In this document: piece after piece, positions 50,085 to 61,046 of the stretch | Numbering within the stretch: position 1 is the first letter of the stretch | Layout: every line of letters begins with the position of its first letter | NCBI GenBank assembly: GCA_965153355.1 | Contig: OZ231126.1 | Location: 37,324,001-37,388,000, forward strand | From: Flaccisagitta enflata | Taxonomy: Eukaryota | Direction: 5' to 3' | DNA length: 64,000 bases | The notes under the pieces: model-generated | The model's input: the letters and a program-made list of their open reading frames with translations, nothing else | What the model was told of the DNA's origin: nothing | Databases searched by the model: none | Position numbers and translations under genes: made by a program

Positions 50085-50323
50085 GTAGAGTCGCGTGCAC
50101 ACGACTAAAAAGCTAGAACGAGCAAGAACGGTAGCGTGAATCTCGACTGAGGGAAATACAGTGGCAGATTCAGGACAAAGAAAACCAAAACAAAGTAAAA
50201 AATCCCAGTGGTTCCAAATAGTGATTCTTTACAACACCTCACCTTTGCAACAACATAGACAGCAGCATCTGTAACAACAACAACAACAACAACAACGACA
50301 ATGACAACAACAACGACAACAAT

Positions 50324-50354
<31 letters not shown>

Positions 50355-50461
50355 GCAACAACAACAACAACAACAACAACAAGGGCGGCGGTGAAAGAAG
50401 CGGCTTTAGCGGCAGCAGAAGCGACGGTAGAAGCAGCAGCGGCATTAGAAAAATGGATAGT

Positions 50462-50613
50462 AACAAGGCCGGATACACAGCAATCCAGTTGCAGACGTTT
50501 GGGCAGGAGCAGTAGTGCAAAAACCGCTCGGAATTCAAAAAATGTTACGGGACCGACGGACCGACGGACTGACCGACATGGCAAGGAGTAGAGTCGCGTG
50601 TCCGCGACTAAAA
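50462..50613 (+). mobile_element. Representative copy of abundant Helentron/DINE-like non-autonomous family A (aacaaggcc...(GACC/GACG)n...agtcgcgtgcacgcgactaaaa)
   Basis: Same architecture recurs at ~2051, 2303, 18111(-), 19990, 20170, 37105(-), 44378, 45705(-), 48168, 54890, 54969 and 60970: fixed 5' AACAAGGCC, a tetranucleotide microsatellite, an 18-bp terminal palindrome, A/T-run flanks and no TSD. Confidence 0.7.
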
Positions 50614-51726
50614 ACTAGCATCACGGAATTCAAAAGGCTGTTCGTAACGCGAAATTCTGGATGACACGAAATTGGCCGAATTAGTGATCTCTGAGCGTAA
50701 TCAGCCCCTGCCCAACCAATATACAGCTCCTGTTAACCCTTATTACTGCCCCTGCCTATCTGTATACTGTCCCTGCCCACTGCCAGCGATTGGAAGAGAA
50801 GCGATGATCTGATGAAGATTTCAGAATTTCGATTAATATACTAAGTGACGATTTTGACTTGTGTGCTGGTGTGAAGCGGTTCTTTACTGATCACTACGGC
50901 TCGCCACGCGGCATGTAGACCCGGATGCATCATATATCAAATCTATCTTGGCCAGAAGAGTCATATCCTGCATACACGCGCGTTCACAGAGTTGTTAAAG
51001 ACAGAGTAAGAAAAAAGTGAAAAATCATATGTCCTTTTTAGAAAATGAAAATCAATTTTCTTAAAAACTATTAGGTCGATTGAGCTGAGATTTTTTTGCA
51101 GAGCAAGAACTAAAAAATTGGCTTCGAATGAGACCAATCCCAAAATTTTCAACCAATTAGAAGAGGAGTTATGATTTCATGAAGATTCAAATATTCCATT
51201 GAATTAAGATAATTTTTCTTTTACCTCAAAAATTGCATTTTTCAATGAAGGAGTGCCTAGATGAAGTTCAAATCGATTTTGCGAGAAGATTGGGCTCTAA
51301 TTTTAAAATTGGAACATGAAAAGTGCTTGGAAATAATTTGATTTTCTAATGCCCATGTTGAGCCCATCCTATTGTAAGGAGTTTGCCTGGCTGGCTTCAG
51401 GTCTGGAGTTGTTTCGGGCACCTTGTGCACATAGTGGCATCAAGGGCTGTAGGCTGTTTGTAGCGATCATCTATGAATATGGATTTGACAAGGCGCCGCG
51501 ATGATCTTTGTTTTTTATTCGTTGCTACTGATTTAGACTGCGCAGAGGTCATTTGATAAAGTTGAGATTTGGGCTGCTCCTCCTACACTCCTAGTTTCCC
51601 ATTAGCAATGCTAACTATATACGCAGTTTATTTCAAATGGTAACATGAAGCTTAGAATTTAGTTTGTTTGTAGATCCTAAAAGTCCCCCAAAAAATCGGA
51701 TCGGAAATTGCTAACCTGTTATATTT

Positions 51727-51813
<87 letters not shown>

Positions 51814-52448
51814 CATTCACTCATTCACTCTCTGATTACCGCTGAACCGCATTTCGACTCAGACGTTGGTCAAATCGAGGGGTCCTAAAACAAGGTTGGA
51901 ATTTTCTAGAAGACGGAAAAAGTTTGCTTTGATAAACGATGACGATAAACGATTGCTTCCGTATATTTTTAGTCGGTGCCTAAGCAACTCTATAAGAGGG
52001 TGTTAACCAAAGTTAACATTCTTAGAGATCAACAAAAATCTTATCGTAGCTGCTCTAGGGGTTGAACTAACCCCACTCAAAATTGCAGCAAAATTCATCA
52101 GGAGGTTCGACGACGACAGCCGAAATTGTCGATGGCCGTCGAGCCAATTTCTGCCTACAACAGCGACGTCGAGCTTTGGCCAACTTTGAACGTCAAACTA
52201 ACAACCTTAACGACCTTCGAGATCGCTGAAATCTTTATCAAAGCTGCTAATGGGTTAAAACTACCTTCAGCTCAAATCTCAGCCAAATTTGTCAAGAATT
52301 ACGACGACAGCAGCCGATGACGTTGAAGGCCGTCGAGCCAAATTCCGCTTTCAGCGCACTGTGGTCCCCAAAATGAAAATTTGGGCGCTAACTTAAAAAT
52401 TTGATTTTTTCGCCCAGATGTTATTCAGCATCCTAAAAAAACGCTACC

Positions 52449-53778
52449 TGGCAGTGATTGATGTGCCGGATCAAATGATAACGCCTGCAGGTGTGTAGCC
52501 GTAACAGTTTTGGAGAAAAAGGGTGATTTAGTATGATATTCAGCGCACAGTGTGCGACAAATTGCAAACTCAGGCGCAAAATAACAAGGCCAACACCTAT
52601 AAGTCGCGTGCAGGACAAAAATAACTGAACTGACCTGACTCCTTATTGTATCTTTTTATCAAAAATCAGACTTACTCCAGACCCAAACCAGACTCAAACC
52701 AGATTTAAACCAAACCAAAACCAGACCAAAACCAGACCGAAACCAGACCTAAACCAGACCTAAACCAGACATAAACCAGACCTAAACCAGACCTAAACCA
52801 GACATGAACCAGACTTAAACCATACTTAAAACAGACTTAAACCAGACTTAAACCAGACTCGAACCAGACTCAAACCAGACTCAAACCTGACTCAAACCAT
52901 ACTTAAACCAGACTAAACCATAAATAAGCCAGACTTAAACCAGACTTAAACCAGAATTAAACCAGACTTAAACCAGACTTAAACCAGACTTAAACCAGAC
53001 TTAAACCAGAATTAAACCAGACCTAAAACAGACTTAAACCAGCAGACTTAAACCAGCAGACTTAAACCAGCAGACTTAAACCAGCTGACCTAAACCAGCA
53101 GACTTAAACCAGCTGACTTAAACCAGCAGACTTAAACCAGTGGCAGTGATTGATGTGCCGGATCAAATGATAACGCCTGCAGGTGTGTAGCCGTAACAGT
53201 TTTGGAGAAAAAGGGTGATTTAGTATGATATTCAGCGCACAGTGTGCGACAAATTGCAAACTCAGGCGCAAAATAACAAGGCCAACACCTATAAGTCGCG
53301 TGCAGGACAAAAATAACTGAACTGACCTGACTCCTTATTGTATCTTTTTATCAAAAATCAGACTTACTCCAGACCCAAACCAGACTCAAACCAGATTTAA
53401 ACCAAACCAAAACCAGACCAAAACCAGACCGAAACCAGACCTAAACCAGACCTAAACCAGACATAAACCAGACCTAAACCAGACCTAAACCAGACTCGAA
53501 CCAGACTCAAACCAGACTCAAACCTGACTCAAACCATACTTAAACCAGACTAAACCATAAATAAGCCAGACTTAAACCAGACTTAAACCAGAATTAAACC
53601 AGACTTAAACCAGACTTAAACCAGACTTAAACCAGACTTAAACCAGAATTAAACCAGACCTAAAACAGACTTAAACCAGCAGACTTAAACCAGCAGACTT
53701 AAACCAGCAGACTTAAACCAGCTGACCTAAACCAGCAGACTTAAACCAGCTGACTTAAACCAGCAGACTTAAACCAGC
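52449..53778 (+). repeat. Near-identical direct duplication (period ~692 bp) containing aaaccagactt / aaaccagcagactt minisatellites
   Basis: tggcagtgattgatgtgccggatc occurs at 52449 and 53141. The duplicate ORFs 52433-52618 and 53104-53310 start identically. The 14-mer array continues to ~54145. Confidence 0.9.
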
Positions 53779-55279
53779 AGACCTAAACCAGCAGACTTAA
53801 ACCAGCAGACTTAAACCAGCAGACTTGAACCAGCAGACTTAAACCAGCAGACTTAAACCAGCAGACTTAGCCAGCAGACTTAAACCAGCCAACTTAAACC
53901 AGCAGAATTAAACCAGCAGACTTAACCTGCAGACCTAAACCAACAGACCTAAATCAGCCATCTCAAACCAGCCAACCTAAACCAGCAACCTAAACCAGCC
54001 AACTTAAACCAGCAGACAAAACCAGTGGACTTAAACCAGCAGACTTTAACCAGCAGACTTAAACCAGCAGACCTAAACCAGCAGACCTAAACCAGCAGAC
54101 TTAAACCAACAGACTTAAACCAGCAGACTTAAACCAGCAGACTTGAAATGCCACATTTGACCAAAACATACCAAAAAACAAAAATGACCAAGACATACCA
54201 AAAAACCTAGATGACCAAAAAAATGAAAATAAAAAAAAACAATAAAACAAAAAAACAAAAAACCCTAAAACCCAAAACCAAAAAACCAAAAAACCAAAAA
54301 ACCAAAAAAACCAAAAAAACCAAAAACCAAAAAACATAAAAGACCAAAACATACCAAAAAACCATGTTAGATGACCAAAAATGACCTGAAATCTTCCAAA
54401 ATGACTTAAAATGCCCAAAAAATACACAAATGACTTAAATTAACAGAGTGACATAAATGATCAAAAATGACCAAAAATGACAAAAAGCAACCAGAAATGA
54501 CCAAAAGCAACCAAAAATGACCAAAAACAACAACATAATGACTCAAAATAACTCCAGAAGACCCAAATTGATCAAAAACAACGCAAAAAAGCAAAGTGTT
54601 ACTAAAAACTACAAAAGCCAAAAATAACTTGAGTGACTGAGAATGAGTTGGAATGACTTGTAATGACTTAAAATGACTTTGAATGACTTAGAATAACTTA
54701 GAATGACTAAGAATGACTAAAATTGACTCATAATAACATAAAATGACAAAAATGACAAAAAATGACAAAATGACTTAAGTGACTAAAATTAACTGAAAAT
54801 GACTGAAAATGACTTAAAATGACATAAAATGACTTAAAATGACGAAAAATACCCTAAAATGACGTAAAACGACGAAAAAAAGCTAAGTGTTACGGACAGA
54901 CCGACGGACCGACCGACGGACCGACGGACCGACAGAGCGGGTTATAGAGTCGCGTGCACGCGACTAAAAACAAGGCCAGATACGCGGCAATCCAGTTGTG
55001 GACGGTTGGGCAGGAGCAATAATGCAAAAACCACTCGGAATTCAAAAATGTGACGGACGGACCGACGGACCAACCTACAGACCAACCTACCGACCGTCCT
55101 ACCATCCGACACGGCAAGGTGTAGAGTCGCGTGTCCGCGACTAAAAATCTGGAATTCTTGATCTTAAAAAAACCCTGGTCTTTAAAGATTCCATAGTTTA
55201 CAGTTTTTGAAATATCTGATCTAATGGCAACATCGGGAACTTAGAACTTACCATTTCTGCAATAGAGAAAAAATTTAAT

Positions 55280-55645
55280 TTTTTTTCGCTAAAATTTTTT
55301 TTCGCTAAAATTTTTTCTCACTAAATTTTTTTTTCGCTAAAATTGTTTCGCTAAAATTTTTCTCGCTAAAATTTTTCCGCGAAAAATTTTTTTCCTAAAA
55401 TTTTTCTCGCTAAAATTTTTTTCCTAAAATTTTTCTCGCTAAAATTTTTTTTGGTAAACTTTTTTTCTCTAAAATTTTTTAACAAAAATTTTTTCGCTAG
55501 AATTTTTTTTTGCAAAATATTTTATTAAATTTTTTTTGCCAAAATTTTTTTTCGCTAAAATTTTTTTGTTAAAATTTTCTTGCTAAAATTTTTTCTCGCT
55601 AAAATTTTTTCGCTAAAATTTTTTTCGCTAAAATTTCTTCTCGTT
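55280..55645 (+). repeat. ~16-17-bp AT-rich minisatellite (cgctaaaattttttt)
   Basis: Visible array. Confidence 0.9.
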
Positions 55646-56920
55646 GAAATTTCTTCTCGTTAAAATTTTTTAAAAAATTCCAAAAATTTTGTTTTCCCGT
55701 TAAAACTTTAAGAGAATTTTCAAAAAAAATTTTCAGACAAAAAAAAAAAATTTGGAAAAAAAAAGTTTTTTGAAAAGATTCATTGATTCTATTTGGTGAC
55801 TTCCCTTCAGTTTTGAGTAAAAAAAAAAACATATTTGGATTCAGCATAGTGAATACTACAAAACATAATGCTTTTATAATAAATCACTATCTCCCCTTAA
55901 TTCGGGAATTTTTAAGTCTGACTTTACTTGTCTGTATCACAGAATTTGTAGTTTCTACGCACCTACGGACATTGTTATTAGTACTGGCATATCATAAACT
56001 ATCAATAATGAAATTTTCAGTAATCTGTTTTTTTCTTTGTTTAAAAATGGTGAATCTTTTAATTTGCGCCTGAATTTATCATTTGTGGCACACTGTGCAT
56101 TGAATATCAATTTAAATCACCTTTTTTCTCTAAGATTCTTATGGCTGCACGCCTGCAGGCGTCACCATTTGATCCGGCACGCTAAATATTATCAGGTAGC
56201 TCTTTTTTAGATTCTGGAAAACATTTATAGATAGGAAATTGAAATTTTTTTAAGTGGGAGCCCAAATTTTCATTTTGGGGACCACAGTGCACTGAGATTT
56301 TTGCTTTTTGAGCTTTGACCGGACCTGTAAATGGGAGTCTGTTTTTTGTTGCATGCTAATGAATAAGGCAAATAAATGAGTCCAAGATGGCGGAGGCACT
56401 TTGGCCTTTTATTAAACTAAGGCCAAGGGCCTTTATCGTTTTACAACTGATTACCCCTAGGGTACTTGTGGTAACTCTCATGATTTACTGTGGTTGAATA
56501 GGAGTCTTCAACCCAGCTTGTGGTACACCTACAAATTGGTGTTTCCCGACTAGAAACATTTTCATCCTTCAACTTTCTGAACCCCCCTCTTGAAAGGAGC
56601 CCAACACCCTGTAGTGGCCACCAAGGGGGGCCCCCAATACAACGGCGTGACAACCGAGTCCAAAGAACAAGTCAACAGGGCCCTGAGACTTGGCCCTTTC
56701 ACAGGGCTGTCACAGGCGAAACTGAGCCGGTCCAGTGTCCTGGAGATGGACTGAAAGGGGGGTTCAGTGCAAGAACCACCACCAGCCATATCTGGTGAGC
56801 TGAACACGAGTGTGTTAAACAACACTGGCTACACATTCTACGTCCCCCAACAGACCAACTTACAACACAACAAAAACAAACTGTTGTCTCATCATTTGTT
56901 TCCCTGTCATCTTATTTCGC

Positions 56921-57790
56921 ATGTCATCACCTGTCAACGACTCTCGAGCGGCTCCACGGCGACCAGACAACTTCAGAACCGTCCAAGCCACTCCCACGCA
57001 TCAAGAGGCACGTGCTGAAGTCACGAGATTGATCCCCACAAGCCGGCAGTGGCTTGTCAACGACTTCAAACACAAAGGTTTGTCGACCGCTGAGGACGCC
57101 AACTTTGAACTCGCGTCGAACGCCCATTTTGCGACTGAGACACTTCAAATTTTGAAACAATGTGTATCAAAGTCATTTCTACAAGATTCCCAAGCGGAAT
57201 TACTTAACTCGTCCGCCAACACCCTCGTTGACGCTGTCAAAGGTTCTTGCACGAAGACCGCCGCCGCCTACAACTTTGGATGCAGCTTGAGCGCTCAAAT
57301 CGGCTCAGATTATCGTAAGGACCGAGATTAATGTTTATCACAATCACTTCTACGAGAATCTTGAGCGGCAGGACTCAACTTGTCCGTCAACACCCTCGCT
57401 GACGCCTCCAAAGGTTCGTCCATGACGACCGCCGCCGTTGCCGCCTTTAAACGCTTTTTGAACGGCCATTTCAACTCCGATTTCCTTCAAAACTTTGTTG
57501 AATTTGCATCAGAGTCTACTCTACAGGATCTCTGCGCGGCATTGACCAACTCCTCCATTAAGACCCTCGTTGACGTCGTCAAACGCAAAGGCGTGACGAC
57601 CGCCGATTCCTTCAACTTCAAACGGCTCCACATCGCAAACGGTTTGTCATAGAGGCTTCCCAAGCAACATGGAAGTGCACCTTAACTGCCTCTACGTCAT
57701 CCATTACCTTCCACGGCTCCAACGCAACACAGTTTTGCCGTTGACGCCTCCAAAGTCGACGAGCAGCTCGAACTTTTCGCCAGCTTCAAA
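56921..57790 (+). pseudogene. Decayed coding-like sequence with 171-nt (57-aa) internal repeats
   Basis: The unit aac.cgtcc...accctcg.tgacg...caaa recurs at 57206, 57377 and 57548. ORFs 56921-57331 and 57380-57652 are in the same frame, separated by stops. Confidence 0.45.
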
Positions 57791-58509
57791 CATCTATAAC
57801 TGTGGAACAGCTTGAAGGATCCCAATGAAATTTCGCACAGCAGCTCAACTCGACCTCGTCTTTCGGCTCAGCACAAAATTACTCAATGTTAAGGACGATT
57901 TCACTCATCTGCTCATGCAGCTCATGCATAAAGTTAAGGAATCAGTTACCTCTTATGCCAGAATGCTGGCAATCATGTTTAAGCTTCTTAACATCATTAC
58001 TACACTTACACAATCGTGTGTAACCCTCTCTTATGCTTCAACATCGTTCTCATTATGATAATAACCATCATATATTGAATCTACTCAATTGTATGAAATC
58101 AATCCTGTTAATGCTTTAAGATTGAAGGCCTATTGTTATCATTTGTTATTCATTTTTCCGTTTTTTGTAAAATTTTACTGCAGACAAAAGCATATTTTTC
58201 CATGAATAAAACAGTTATATTGTTTTTGATATAATTAAAAGTAAAACTCATGTTTGTTTGATTCTACTATTTTTACTTGAAATGGATTTGTTGCGTTTTG
58301 GTTATGTTTACAATGCCTTATCTATCTAGAATCTGTCTGCTTTGGTCAGGGTAGTCAGTTGATGTGGCATTGGTTCTAACATTATTATATATATTATATA
58401 CATCATTATATACATTATTATTATTATCATTATTTTTAAAGACATTATTATATATAATATTATATTATTATGTTATTATTATATTATTATTTTAAATGCA
58501 GTATTATTT

Positions 58510-59880
58510 TAAATGCAGTACGAAAGTTAAAAATTGGAAAAGCAACAGGAAGTTTTGTTAAAGCCTATCACGTTTTCCATGGAAGCCCTAAGCTTCTTGT
58601 TCATCTTCACATACTATTTAACTCCATGCTTAATCACGGATATGTCCCTCACGAATTTCTTTGTGGCACCATCACTCCTGTCATCAAAGACAGGAATGGT
58701 GATGCATCTAGTCCATCAAATTACAGACCTGTTAGTCTTGGTGTTATTTTTGCACAACTTTTTGAATATTTAATGTTGTCTAAACTTGAATGTTATTTAA
58801 TAAGTGATGATCTACAATTTGGCTTTAAATCTAAACATTCAACATCACATGCTGTTTTTGTTTTAAAGTCATGTGTTGAGTACTTTCAAAAGCATGGCTC
58901 TGCGAGTTTTGTTACATTTTTAGATTGTACAAAGGCGTTTGATAAAATATCTCATTATGGCCTATTTATTAAATTAATGGATCGAGGAATTCCTTTGTGC
59001 TTTCTAAGAATACTTATTTATTGGTACTCGAACATGGCGGCACGATGTAAATGGAACGGAGTCCATGGAACTTATTTTGATGTACTGACTGGTGTGAAAC
59101 AAGGAGGCGTTCTTAGTCCACGTCTTTTTACGATATATGTTGATGACTTGATAAAGTTACTAAGATCCAAAGGTATAGGTTCTCATATAATTGACATTTT
59201 TGTAGCCTGTCTTTTCTTTGCTGATGACTTATGTCTGATTTCACCAACAAGGAGTGCCATGCAAGAAATGCTTGATCTCTGTCACGAATATTGTACTGAA
59301 TTCAATCTGACTTTCAATACGAAAAAATCAAAAACGCTGATTTTTGGTAACCCTAGACCTGTTACTAAGCCTTTAGTTCTAAATGGTAATGAAATTGAGA
59401 TTGTCACGGAATGGCGTTACCTCGGTACTACAATTGTTGCTGGCAAATCATTTTCTTTTTCCGCCAAATCTGAGCTACGAGCGTTCTACTGTAGCACTAA
59501 TTCTCTTTTATCGGCGAAGATTAAGCCAAATGAATCGGTACTAATGAGTCTTCTTTTCACCATTTGCGTCCCGACTATAACATACGCTTCTGAAGTAAAA
59601 GAATTTAGTAACTCTGAAATGCATTCATGTCATGTTGCAATGAATGATGCCATCCGACGGATATTTGGCTACAACCGTTGGGAAAGCATCAGAACCCTAC
59701 GTCAGTCCCTTGGATTCCACGACATCTACGACTCATTCCAACAACGGCGGATCAAATTCAAGGAAGGAAACGCCGCGCATGCGAACCGGGTTATTCGGGC
59801 AGTGAACGGGGTTAACGGATAGAATTAGTGTTGTTTTTGTTGCGTGAGCTGTCATATCAATGACGAAATAGAAACCATTC
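58510..59880 (+). mobile_element. 5'-truncated non-LTR retrotransposon with uninterrupted RT ORF to 59822 (RTE-X-like)
   Basis: Motifs NYRPVSL, QFGFK..HST, FLDCTKAFDKISH, GVKQGGVLSPRLFTIYVDDL, FADD, YLG. Short 3' UTR, then an (ATT)n-type tail. Embedded in an AT-rich microsatellite. Confidence 0.85.
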
Positions 59881-61046
59881 ATTATTATCATATCATTATT
59901 ATATTATTATTATATTATCACTATATCATTATATTATTATATTATTATATTATTAAATTATTGCATTATTATATTATTATATTATTATATTATTATATTC
60001 TATATTATTATATTATTATAATTATTTCTATATACATTATTATATATATTACATAATTATGGACAGTTGCTTGCTTTGGGTCCGTCATCAATCACTGAAA
60101 ATTGCAGGCAATGTTTGCAATAATGCAGTAGTTGCAACAATTAGACAGTTGTTTGTTTTCGGTCAGTTATTGATGGCTTACGCCTGCTCACATGACAATT
60201 GGTACTACCAGGTGAAATACCGGGCAGTAGTCCCCAAAAAAAAACACCGGGCCCGGCGCCAGTTTTGAGTATTACTCTCAAAACTGGTACCTGGCCGGGT
60301 TTTTTTTTGGTTCCGGGATCAAAATATAATTATTATATTTTGTTATTGTAATAATTGTATTCTTTTGCATAATAATCTTAATGTGGAATATAATATTGCA
60401 TTGGCCAATCTAATCATAACACTTTTAAATATAATCATTATACAAATTTTTATAATTCTGTATAATTTTCGCTTTCTTGGTCCGCCTCAGCTGTATAATT
60501 CTATACAATTTAATATAATTTGGTGTAATTTCCGGGTTTTTGGCTCAAAAACGAGCAAAAATGAGGGGAAATATAATTTTGTCCGCGGCTCTATGATTTT
60601 TCCGATATAACAATTATACAAATCAGATTTTTTTATGAGTGAATCCTAGCCTGGAGGCTGAGATTTGGGCCTTAAGGTGGGGATCTGGGCCTCTTGGCTG
60701 AGATTTTGACCTTGAGGCTGAGATTTGGGCTTCAAGACTGAAATATGGGCCTCCAGGCTAGGATTTAGGCCTTGAGGCTAGGATTTGGGCCTTGAGGCTG
60801 GGATTTGGGCCTCAAGACTGGGATTTGGGCCTCGAGACTGGAATTTGGGCCTCGAGACTGGGATTTGAGGGGGGGGGATGGAGGAGGAGGAGAAGGAGGA
60901 GGAGGGGAAATTCCCCTGTGTGAAAGCATAGGTCATCGACTCCTTTGGGGCCACTGCCCAAAAGGGGACCAACCAACCAACCAACCGACCAACCAACCAA
61001 CCAACCAACCGAGAAAGCGGGGTGTAGAGTTGCGTAGCACGCGACT

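Larger units (their letters stand above)
52357..56289. mobile_element. Non-autonomous TIR element with CACTGTG...CACAGTG termini (Transib-like), ~230-bp imperfect TIRs
   Basis: cactgtggtccccaaaatgaaaatttggg (52357) is the exact reverse complement of cccaaattttcattttggggaccacagtg (ends 56289). Similarity continues 52357-52585 vs 56060-56289. Flanks CAGCG / CACTG are not identical. Confidence 0.65.

Noticed and set aside
56670-56740. Possible hammerhead ribozyme (gcgaaac...ggtc)
   Set aside because: No CUGANGA core with convincing stems. The CTGATGA at ~50809 likewise lacks a following GAAA.
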